Source of the DNA: Paraphysomonas bandaiensis
Lineage: Eukaryota; Protista; Chrysophyceae
Direction: 5' to 3'
Assembly (NCBI GenBank): GCA_965644295.1
Contig: CBFFRP010000168.1
Location: forward strand, 1 to 64,000
Length of the DNA: 64,000 nucleotides
Both the position numbers and the translations under genes were made by a program. Of the stretch, positions 36,497-46,656 are shown one piece after another; position 1 is the stretch's first letter; the number at the start of each line of letters is the position of its first letter. The notes under the pieces are model-generated. The model saw nothing but the letters and a program-made list of their open reading frames with translations. It made no database searches and was not told the DNA's origin.

Positions 36497-39400
36497 ATGC
36501 CACGACATGAATCAAACGAAGACATTGGTGTTCACTTACTCAACGCATGTCGTTCATGGGATCGATATATCAATCTATTAAGTGAACACAAGTGTATCTA
36601 CAGCACATGCTCATCACACTCCTCTAGATGCTACTTAAAGAAAGTACTTGTTACATCATCTACTAAAAAACTTCCTATGGGGATTATAATGTATAGAAAA
36701 AGATTTGGTGCGGTTGTATTAGCATGTAAATCAACCTCATGGATCGCTCGGTTTACCCCATTAATTGGAGCACTCTTAATAGATGTGAATGGTGAAGTAG
36801 TGCTATTAGAGACATATCAATCGATTATGCAGAGGTAGAGACATTGTATATTGATTTCATTATGGGAACTTATTCTATGTAGGTTGGAGACTCTTCCTCG
36901 TCCATTATGTCTTCGATTTATTATACAAGAGAGTGTGATTGAGGTAGTGTGCTGGGAACGTGACTTGGGTGTGGTATGGGGACCGTGTAGTGATATAGCA
37001 CAAGCAGGAAATGTTACCAGGGGTGGGAGAGCGTGGAATGCAGGGGCTCGTGAGGGTGATGTAGTTGTATCCTTGCAAAAGCAGATCCTCTCTGCACGTA
37101 CTATGACACCAGAGGGATTGCGTGGCACTATCACAACAACCGCCGGCGGTGTACGAGTTATGTCTGTCGCTCGGCAAAGCTCTGCTGGATCGGTGCACCT
37201 GAATGCTCTATCTTATCGTGCTGTAAGGGATATAGGTTCATCCCAGCGACCGGGTGCGATCTTCTACTTTGTTGGACCTCGTTATGTGCTGCAGAGAGAA
37301 GAGGCAGGGTTGACTCCAACTCCTGTGCCCTCACGACCTGATCGTAATGCTTCTACAGACTCATTCTCTTCTTCTATGATGGACACATACACCAACAGAA
37401 CGGGTCCTCGAGTCAGATTTTCTGCCGTGCTCTCTGAGCGATCGGCAGGAGTGCCTGCTCCAGCTGCAGGAGATACTGATGCCCTCTTGTCTCGGTGGAA
37501 TCTTACGGATGCTCTATATCTATGTATGGCCGCTCTACCTGGTGCTGGCATTGCACGAGGGAATATATCGGAGAGTTGTTGTCGGTCGAACCACGTTATC
37601 TTCTTTTTACCACAGGTGGGAGTACTCTGATTATTCATCTTGCGTCTAACATTCCCTGCGACAGCTACTGGAAATCTTGCTTTGTCTGAGGTGCACAACA
37701 CAGGGGAAGCTAGAGGGTAAAGTAGCACCATTAAAGGGAGAGCTTGATCTGCTGACTGGTGGTGGTGAGCGAGCAGTCAAGTACTCTCAGCTTCTTCTAC
37801 CTGTAACTTGTAGAGATGTCGCCTCATGTCGCCAGTCGGCTTTTAATAGCAGTTCTACGAATAGCAGTTGTGAAAGTAAGAGCATTAGCCTGCCAGGGGC
37901 ATCAAAAATATCTGACTTTCTGAATGCTTGTCTGGATACCGACTTAACAGTATGCGCACTATTTTGGGCACTTCAGAGTCGTTTAACAGTGAATCCTGAG
38001 TCTGTTTTGACAGCAGAAAGAAATGACTCATGGGGAGTGCCATTTCCGTCGAACGCCTTCTGGATCCGACAGACAAGTGCCTCTTCTGTAAGCAGTTATG
38101 GCAGTGGGTCAAGGATGGATGACGGGGTGGGTGGGCTTTCCCCTGCCGGTAGTGTCACGGATTTAAGCTCAGAGGCACTATCAAGTGGGAATAGCCGACG
38201 GAAACTAGCAGGGAGCAGCCCTGCGAAGTCTAACGAGAGCTCAGCATTACTAGAGTTACTTATGCATCGGCTTGGGTGTACTTTGGCTCAACCATTGTCT
38301 GAAATGCAACAGAAATTTAACTCAGTGCAGCAGGAAAACAATGGAGTTAATGATATTGCTGGTTTACGTGTGTATGGCTCGTACAGACAATTCGAAGCAT
38401 TAGGCAGTGGAGGGGATAGTGTGTGGGGCTGTGGCTGGCGAGGGACTGGGTGCAATCGTTCAACAGTGTTAGATACACTACATCGCCAAACTAGACTGAT
38501 GGTGGTGGTACGGAAAGCAGCAACGGTAGTTCGGATGCCGTTATCGAACCCCAGTGCTGATACTAGAGAACATACGGAGGAAGACACTGAGGAGGCTGAC
38601 TTTTATGTAAGATCATCTGTTCGTAGGAATATGGCGCTAAGGACATCGCTACGGTCAGCCCTTTTTGTAGATACAACTCACCATAGTCGATCCCTCTTTC
38701 CTCTGCCTAATCCACTTTCTGTTTACACAGAATATTCCAGTTTTCATTCCATCGACATATCGAAGGTATATGACACAGTATATTACCATCCATACCTAAT
38801 GTTGTTCTAAATAGTGTCGCGTCCTGTCATCAGCGAATTATCCGCTTCTCCTTGCATTTAGGGAAGGCCCTTTGCCTTCTCCCTCGCGATTCCTTCTTTA
38901 CAAGGGAAGTGATGACTTACACCAGGACGCCCTCGTTGTGCAGATGTTCCGATACATGGACAGACTTCTTGTTGCGCACGGCGTAGACCTTCGTATGGAA
39001 TTATACTCCGTACTTCCGACTGGTCCGCAAGAAGGTCTCGTGGAGTGGATAGCTGATGCAACTCCGCTTGCTAAAGTGATAAAGAAGTATAGCAGAGATG
39101 AAAGGGGTACAGATGATGAACGGCATCGGGAAAAGAGGGAAGATTCAGAACGTAATAGAATGGGAGCTCCACAGGAGGGAAATGGGCGATTGACGTCCCT
39201 GTGTTCAGACGTGTGCGATAGTGTCATCGAGAAACATGCTCGAGCGTTCACGGAGAATACATGGCGCAGAGATGACAGTACTAACGTTGGAACATCTCAG
39301 ACGTGGAATTCAAATGATGCGGTTGCGCCAACCGAGATTACCCGTTTTTCTTGTATTCGGAATTTTCTGGCAGCAAAATCGAGCGATGTGGACTCTGCTA

Positions 39401-39909
39401 TGAGCAAATTCGTGAGTACATGTGCAGGAAATAGCGTGATGACTTTTGTACTGGGCGTGGGCGATAGACATCTAGACAATATTTTGCTTCTGCCGTCTGG
39501 TGCTGTCATGCATTGTGATTTTGGATACTGCTTCGGTAGAGATCCCGGGCATATGATATACAGCTCAAAGCTGAGGTTTACGAAGGAAATGTTAGAAGCA
39601 ATGGGCGGTGACAATTCTGTTTACTTTTCTAATTTCCAAACCTCGCTGGCATCTGCATACATCGTTCTTCGCCGCAACGCGTCGTTACTCTTTAATATGG
39701 TCCGGTCCATGGCGGATGCTGGTATATCTGATCTCAGTGTCAATCAATCAGTAGCCGAAACTCTGAGTGGATTAGAAGCAAGGCTACGCCTTGACCTCGA
39801 TGAGCAGGAAGCAGGTGGCTTTATAAAGTCACTTGCCAGAGAGAATGCCCGCTCGTTCATGCCAGTAATTATGGACAAAATGCACGAAATTGCCAGTTAT
39901 TTTCGATAA
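36497..39909 (+). CDS. PI3/PI4-kinase family protein with Vps34-like catalytic domain and atypical N-terminus, spliced
   Basis: YKGSDDLHQD, GLVEWI, LGVGDRHLDNILL, HCDFGYCFGRDP, LRLDLDEQEA; introns near 36835, 37617 and 38766. Confidence 0.8.
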
Positions 39910-40477
39910 AACATACAGTGATGAACATACTGTTATGAACTTTTACAGAAGTATTCACATTCCGCACAATACTATATACTATTTTTGTTATAAATCTTAC
40001 ATGTGTGTGTTATATTAAATATGTGTCTGATAAATATTAAATTTGTACTACGTACAGCTACATGTAGAATTCTGTTGTATCTATCATCATTAGCGTCGTT
40101 TGCAGAAAACTAGACTAGCGTGATATAGTTTTGTTCGACCGAAGCTGCCGAATGTTGCATGGGTTCCCGGCATAGTATATGACCAGGTTTTTGCGTAACA
40201 ATTAAATGTATTGCTAATTACTATCCTGAATTAATTCAATATATCATCTTACATCTTATGAAGTATGTATAGTTACTGATCATAGGTGCAAACCTCTTAT
40301 CTGTTAGCATAGAATCTTGGAGGTTGAGTTCTGAAATATAATGTGATATATAATATATATTGTGTAATTGAAGTGAGTTAATATAGTGTGCAATAGGTGA
40401 AGTCAACTCGTAGGTGAAACGGGAGATTATGGTTACAAAAAGGAATCAAATTCAGCTACTGATGTGTGACTATATAA

Positions 40478-40675
40478 CAGGGCTGCGTAACAATTAATTG
40501 CAATTAAACTGCAAATGTATTTTTGTTATTAAATTGCAATTATTAGCTATAGCTTGCGCAATCGGATACGATTTTGGCATTCTCTGCATTCCCATTTCTG
40601 ACGGCCATCATCAAAGTTCTCAAATTGGGTAAAAAACACCCTTGAAATGGATTCTGGTGTTAAGTTGTCAGACAT
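40478..40675 (-). mobile_element. hAT element end plus BED zinc-finger transposase remnant
   Basis: CAGGGCTGCGTAACAATTAATTG TIR at 40478 matches the right end of the 51678-52568 element; ORF remnant MSDNLTPESISRVFF..KWECRECQ. Confidence 0.65.
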
Positions 40676-41972
40676 TTCTAGTAAATGATACACACATATT
40701 GTAAATATTATGATTATATAAACGAGTATAATATACTGTATATTACATGACCAAAACTCTAAATATCCAGTATTTCGACTGCATAAAAAACAGAAAAAGT
40801 CCTGATAATCCATGTCCATACCGCTGCACATTACACTTGAATCCTGCAGTGTCTTGTATTGACAGTCCAGGATCGGTAAGAAGATGATTGCCACTCTTCG
40901 ATAAAAACACTCTTCCATATATGTTCTCTGCTACTGGCTAAGACTGCAAAAGAGCCGATTCCGACGCTTCTTCACAGTATATCAACAACTTTTGTAAGAC
41001 CTTCATCCGCATACCTCCGAGCCACTCTGCACAATGCCTAAGGGAAGGCCACCAGATCGCAAAACTCAGAAGGGTATATTTCTGCTTCCCCTGGTTTCCG
41101 TGAGGCACATAAGGCAGTCCCAGATGCAAACTGCACAAAATGTGAATGTAGTCTTATTAAGCGATCCAGTGTGGTAGTAGTTAACTTATAGGTCTTTGCT
41201 TTCACTTGTCATGCTGTACGTTGTACAACGTCCCTACATACACATCTATCATATAGCGAGAATGGTCGCACCTTGGTGCTTGGGGCGACGCACAAAAAGT
41301 TCTCATAGCTTTAAAAAGTAGGATACAAGAGTGTTTACACTAATTAGTAAATGGTATATGCTTATCAAGCTTGACTAGTTTTTAACTACTACTAATCTGG
41401 TGCTGATTTTTAACGCCGAATCTAATCTAATACTAAAAGTGTTCAACATCATCAGGATAAGCTACAATTTAACTTAGGGATAAGTAGTATCGTCCCTTGT
41501 CTAAATTTTAAAACTCGGGCTTTTCGCCCAGGCTTCAGAATTATAGCCTCCTTATTGCCTGTGGTTACATATATAACTATATTTGCGTCTACAAAAATGA
41601 TATTATAAACATAGCATTTTTCACTAAAGTACCACCTACTGCAGCTTGAAAATTGTCTCTCCACCAGCATTTAATTGCGCCCACCCTGATCCTTTCTTTT
41701 GCTTCAATAGTGGTTCCAAATCACAGCACCAACATTGCTTCAACGCAATTTAAACTACTATAATATTTCGAAGCCGTTGAATACTGCACTGACCTAATGC
41801 TATGCATTGCGACAATAGTTGTGGACGAGGTGTTCAGCATTGGACTTTTCACTGAAGTTGAATTATTAATCTAAACACTTCACTACATATTCATGTGGCA
41901 TCTGGTAAAACATTTGTACTCAGCAACATCTCTTTAACATATGTTCACCAGGCACTCCTACATCTTATATAG

Positions 41973-42092
41973 CAGGGCTGCGTAACAATTAATTGAATTG
42001 CAATTAAATTACATGGAACATACATAACAATCGCAATTATAATTGCTCGCTGGAAGGTTGCAATTAAATTGCAATTAATTGTTGGCAATTAT
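41973..42092 (+). mobile_element. hAT element left end
   Basis: Same TIR and subterminal sequence as 51678-51736. Confidence 0.7.
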
Positions 42093-42741
42093 TTACTATA
42101 TGTATTAGGACATATAATATTAGAATTAGAAGTTGGAAAACATTAAGGTCAATAGTCAATAGAGCCATTTATTGCCCTTGTAATGGCCATCGCACTTAAT
42201 GGCTATTATAACGGCTATTCAAATGGTGGGAAGAGGTTGTCCTCTCATTATATATATCTTTACATTAAGAGAAGTACCTTGTTCTTTGTACGGTCGATTA
42301 TGTGTCTTTACTCTTGACCTTGAGCATAAGTTCAGCTCGATCCATAGCGTATTACCCTTATATATCTATAAGTTATGTGATCGTCAAATGCAAGTATTTG
42401 TCAGGTGCTGATTTATGCACAAATGGGGATAAGTCCATATTATATCGTCTTAACCACACTCATTAACCACAGTCAGTAACCACACTTATATAAGAAGTAA
42501 TATATTTACGTCCAAATCAATTAAATTTATTGTATTACTCTACTAAATAGTACTATCAGAAAGTGTGCTTGCATACACAGGCAAATCATTTGCTAGAGTT
42601 TGACAATAACCAAAGTACTCAAAATCTTTGGAATCGACATTCATTATATGACGATATGCGTTGACAGGTGTTCTCTATTACACAATCAAACATAAACGAA
42701 TTATGCTTTCCCGCCTCACCCAAACGCCCATTGCCACCATC

Positions 42742-42825
42742 CCTGTGTGGTCATACCCTCTGTTTGATTTGCTTGTTGTATTTGTCATAGGCATAAAACA
42801 GCTTGTAATAGTCATCACGCACAGG
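42742..42825 (-). ncRNA. Candidate orphan box C/D snoRNA
   Basis: Terminal stem CCTGTG/CACAGG, box C GTGATGA, D' ATGA, D ATGA (variant); no rRNA guide recognised. Confidence 0.5.
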
Positions 42826-43870
42826 AATACATATAATGATGTCGAGGCCTTGGTTGTCAGCCTCGTGTACTTAATACTGTGTGTTGCTTCTCATCTTTCC
42901 TTTGAGCGTGCACAACTATTTGCTTCTTTCTTTTGTTCTATACCCATTCCATTTTCCCCACATATCTACTCCGCGCTGCACCAATCGTGTCAACGCAGGA
43001 ATTGCTTCGGATTAATAATCCCTCTAAGGATACTCTTAAACTTCAAGGAGACATCTTCAGAGTAGAGCTTGTCAAACATAAAGTTGGCAGTGAATGTTTC
43101 GGAAAATAGTATATGCCAAACGACGAAATCGTAGGATAATTTCTTCTGAAATCTTTTCGGTATTATTCCAGTCCTGAACACAGTGGACGGACCTTCTTCT
43201 GGACACCAGTAAACACGAATTGTTCGCCATAAATACGAACCCTAATAGCACGCATCTTGTTATATCTTACTCACAGTGAACAGCACAGAGTTTCCTCTGT
43301 TGAAAACGAGGTGCTCAAGATCTATATCTCGGGCTATTGTCGTGACAAGTGCAGGTGTAACAAACTAAAGAAATATGCTCAGGAGCTTAGCCTTTGCAGC
43401 TTTAACGTTGGATATTGACTGAGAAGGTCTGAATCTGGCAAATGAAACGATTCATGTCTCAAACCAATCCGCTTCCACTGTTTTAGAACCTTCTTCGACT
43501 CAGCCCCTATTTTGGCTTGTTGTGCAGCCTTCTCTATGCGCTCTTCAGTATTGAATCTGCTCTCCTTTGGAGACATCTTTAAGTATAAGAATGAGTCAAA
43601 TATAATAAAGTTACTTGCACATCATTTTGCCCTGTGATTGGGTCACTGGGAGTGCTGTCATATGAATTCACATACTTCGCTTGAGTCGAATCCGAGTTGA
43701 CTGTTACGTTTTTTCCGTACATAACAACAGTGTTTTTTGCTTTTTTGTGCTGTGATGGTGAGTATGGTTTAAACCAATAATAATGTGTATTACAGACAGT
43801 TGTTAAAGAAAATTTGTAGAGATTAAGTTTATTATCAGGCTATTTGAAGAGTTGATAGGTGTGTTCAATT

Positions 43871-43969
43871 CGGATCAGACAAATGCCTCGATGTCGCTCA
43901 TTTAGATTTGCCAAAGAGATGAATGGGCTCTTTGACAGTCGGCCTCGTCATCTTTAGTCATCACATCCG
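43871..43969 (-). ncRNA. Box C/D snoRNA, U15/SNORD15-like (copy 1)
   Basis: GTGATGA..AGATGACGAGG-CCGA..CGAGGCATTTGT-CTGA with terminal stem; both guides are antisense to conserved LSU CCAAAUGCCUCGUCAUCU. Confidence 0.88.
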
Positions 43970-44182
43970 TTTAACACTCTTATCAGAACACTTTACCCTA
44001 AATAGTCTAGTTGAAACCAAAGAATCTTCACAGAAGGATTTTTATTATTACATAGTATGTAACATTTTTGGCGACAGCTACTGCTTCATAGCAAAAGACC
44101 GATGCCAACTCCCACGTTGTCCTATGAAGTATAATGAGCAGATTATAAGCAGATATTCGACGTGTACAACGCTATTGAAAAA

Positions 44183-44265
44183 ATCCCTCAGTACAAGGAT
44201 GACAGGTTCAGTTCACTGACAAGAGTCTCATAGAGATTCCCAATGTCTTTCGTCATCATAGGGAT
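44183..44265 (-). ncRNA. Box C/D snoRNA, U79/SNORD79-like
   Basis: Stem ATCCC/GGGAT, ATGATGA, guide TGGGAATCTC-T-ATGA antisense to LSU GAGAUUCCCA, D box CTGA. Confidence 0.82.
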
Positions 44266-44282
44266 AAATATATTATGAAATA

Positions 44283-44372
44283 TACCAACAGGGTCAGTGT
44301 GTCTTAGATGGAATATATCGTCACAAAGATCAGGTGAACTATGCATTGACAAGGCCTCATTCCCCGTTGGTA
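44283..44372 (-). ncRNA. Box C/D snoRNA, U80/U77/snR60-like
   Basis: Long terminal stem TACCAAC.GGG, guide GCATAGTTCAC-CTGA antisense to LSU GUGAACUAUGC, C' GTGACGA, D CTGA; box C is degenerate (ATGAGGC). Confidence 0.65.
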
Positions 44373-44537
44373 CATATATATAATTTAATATATTGAAAAT
44401 GTATAACTTACATATACAGATGTCGGATTCTGGACTCAGATAAAGAGTAGTTCTCCGCCAACTTGTCTGAGATATAAAATGTAAAAATAATGTCTAGAAT
44501 AATATCTTTCGACGACGCGTGATAAGTGTGTTCAATT

Positions 44538-44636
44538 CGGATCAGACAAATGCCTCGATGTCGCTCATATAGATTTGCCAAGGAGATGAATGGGCTCCTT
44601 GACAGTCGGCCTCGTCATCTTTAGTCATCACGCCCG
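44538..44636 (-). ncRNA. Box C/D snoRNA, U15/SNORD15-like (copy 2)
   Basis: Paralog of 43871-43969 with a compensatory change in the internal stem. Confidence 0.88.
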
Positions 44637-44683
44637 AAACACACTTATCAATTCACGTCCAGGATGGGGAATTGAGGTATGAT

Positions 44684-44868
44684 TGTGATCAGATAGTTTG
44701 GATTTCTCCTCACTATATCCTGCCCTGACAGTCACACTCTCCACCCAACGGGGACTCCCAGCAAGTTCTGACGCTTTTCAGCGTAAAGAAACAAATGCAG
44801 GGCCGCAGAGTAAGAGGCAACGACAGAAACAAGAATCAGATTCTGAATCAGGGATCCTCATTTCACAG
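44684..44868 (-). ncRNA. Candidate long box C/D RNA
   Basis: TGTGA/TCACA terminal stem, ATGAGGA, internal GTGAGGA, terminal CTGA; D guide GAAATCCAAACTAT resembles antisense to SSU GUAGUUGGAUUUC with a bulge. Confidence 0.3.
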
Positions 44869-44990
44869 AACAACCTCCATTTATGCTTGATATTCGTATG
44901 AAACTCACCGATATGAATCTTCAAAAACCTCTGTTAAAAGTAGTTAGAAAAACAATTGGCACTTAATGGATTCAATATATAATGTATATG

Positions 44991-45066
44991 TGTATCAGAT
45001 ATTGAAATAGTCTCATAAGCACAAGGCTTCAGAAGGTGTCCTAAGGTAATTATCATATCATCACCA
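44991..45066 (-). ncRNA. Box C/D snoRNA, U58/SNORD58-like (copy 1)
   Basis: GTGATGA, guide CCTTAGGACACCT-T-CTGA antisense to LSU AGGUGUCCUAAGG, C' ATGAGA, D CTGA. Confidence 0.85.
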
Positions 45067-45236
45067 ACACAGGATAACTCTACTCAAACACACAATTCAA
45101 ATACTAACCTGGAGTCACCTTCAGAACCATAATTACGAATGCCTTGTTAGCAATACTGCATATTAATGAAATCAGAACATATATAACAAGCAGGGTATCT
45201 TTTAAAGGCATATACAGTACAACATAGGTGGTACAA

Positions 45237-45331
45237 TGAATCAGACGTGCTTCGTGATCCTGGCTTAGAATACAAAGCTAGATTTAGAAACATGGTCGAT
45301 CATACGGGGAAAGAGTCTGTCATCACATTCA
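45237..45331 (-). ncRNA. Box C/D snoRNA, SNORD12/snR190-like (copy 1)
   Basis: GTGATGA, guide TCTTTCCCCGT-ATGA antisense to LSU GCGGGGAAAGA, then TCGACCATGTT, D CTGA; TGAA/TTCA stem plus outer GGTGGTACA/TGTACCACC stem. Confidence 0.85.
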
Positions 45332-45372
45332 GGTGTACCACCACAGTACTAATAGTATAAATACATACAAAA

Positions 45373-45451
45373 GTGCATCAGATAAAGATATAGTCTCATA
45401 AGCATTTAGCTTCAGAAGGTGTCCTAAGGTAATTATCATATCATCACACAC
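45373..45451 (-). ncRNA. Box C/D snoRNA, U58/SNORD58-like (copy 2)
   Basis: Same boxes and D' guide as copy 1; D-proximal segment has diverged. Confidence 0.85.
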
Positions 45452-45622
45452 ACTCTAATTTCCATGGAAACAAGAATGGCATACTCACAATTGTCATCCG
45501 AAGACATCTTAATATGATTTGAAATTCACATGAAGGATTCAACTGTAGTAGCAACCTGTACATATATGTTATTATCAGAGCTTCATATGGGTTCAAATAG
45601 ACAATATGAGCACACAGGTATA

Positions 45623-45717
45623 TGAATCAGACGTGCTTCGTGATCCTGGCTTAGAATACAAAGCTACTTTTAGAAACATGGTCGATCATACGGGGAAAGA
45701 GTCTGTCATCACATTCA
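45623..45717 (-). ncRNA. Box C/D snoRNA, SNORD12/snR190-like (copy 2)
   Basis: As copy 1, with terminal stem ATATGAA/TTCATAT. Confidence 0.85.
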
Positions 45718-45892
45718 TATCTACCACTCATTCGTATACGTATATATAGAGAGAGGTGTCTGTCACGTACCCATATATTGAGAGGAGATCGCCCTCATCC
45801 AATGAAAGAATTACTTCCCATTAGATCCAAATCAATCCTGTAAAAAAGACTGTGAGAACAGGTGTCTATGAGTGTATATATATGGAGTAATG

Positions 45893-45991
45893 TGTTGGTC
45901 AGACATGCTTCATGATCCTGGCTTAGAATACGAAGCTAAGTATCGAAACATGGTCGATCATACGGGGAAAGAGTCTGTCATCATCCCAACA
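45893..45991 (-). ncRNA. Box C/D snoRNA, SNORD12/snR190-like (copy 3)
   Basis: ATGATGA..identical guide..CTGA; terminal stem TGTTGG/CCAACA is unrelated in sequence to the other copies' stems. Confidence 0.85.
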
Positions 45992-46219
45992 TTCAAACAT
46001 TGTATGTGTGATCTTACCTTATTGATTTCATTGGAATGTATGATGCTTCTAGTGAAGGTGTGAAATTATGAGATGGAGTGGAATGTTTCTATATGAGTGT
46101 ATGTAGTGTGTGTGGCTATGAGAGACCCCTTGATATCCACTACATATATATGGAGCTCTAAGGGACACGATGGAGTTCAGTTTAGTTCTATTTACTGTGT
46201 GCTGGTGATGGTGATGTAA

Positions 46220-46381
46220 GTATGTATGTATGTATGTATGTATGTATGTATGTATGTATGTATGTATGTATGTATGTATGTATGTATGTATGTATGTATG
46301 TATGTATGTATGTATGTATGTATGTATGTATGTATGTATGTATGTATGTATGTATGTATGTATGTATGTATGTATGTATGT
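46220..46381. repeat. (TATG)n microsatellite
   Basis: Pure tract. Confidence 0.98.
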
Positions 46382-46656
46382 GTGTACTCTGTATGTATGC
46401 ATGTCGGTATATAGGTATGTAGGTAGGTACAAATACACAAGTATCAATCTTACGAAATATTCCATCTTTCAACGGGTATATGTACAGTATGTATAGGGCA
46501 GCATATGGCCTCCCAGGTGTGTACCTGTGTACAAGGATCTCATCACATGACTGACCACACTCATATACACCCTCCATTAGCACCTACTGCACACATACCA
46601 CTATATTCCACTATATAAACCCTCCTAATAACTCTCTTATCATTCATAGCTGTTTT

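Larger units (their letters stand above)
43676..46215 (-). ncRNA. Spliced non-coding snoRNA host gene (may extend to about 42.5 kb)
   Basis: GT-AG-bounded microexons at about 46018-46215, 45771-45837, 45489-45555, 45109-45155, 44909-44930, 44412-44466 and 43676-43700. Exon 45771-45837 has stops in all three frames. snoRNAs lie only between exons. Confidence 0.72.

Noticed and set aside
39918-40030. GTGATGA...CTGA downstream of the kinase gene
   Set aside because: No terminal stem or recognisable guide; AT-rich 3' UTR context
42661-44901. Short plus-strand ORFs (42661-43065, 43923-44219, 44698-44901)
   Set aside because: No motifs, mostly non-ATG starts, and they are antisense to snoRNAs or candidates
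45237-45991. Repeat-spacer arrangement resembling a CRISPR array or a repeated plus-strand exon (..DPGLEY..RNMVDHTGKESVI)
   Set aside because: Units are about 90 nt with 180-290-nt gaps, there are no cas genes, and substitutions are mostly non-synonymous; box C/D snoRNAs on the minus strand explain it
8600-46496. ORFs made of MYVC / YIHT repeats
   Set aside because: They are translations of (TATG)n microsatellites, which have no stop codon in any frame
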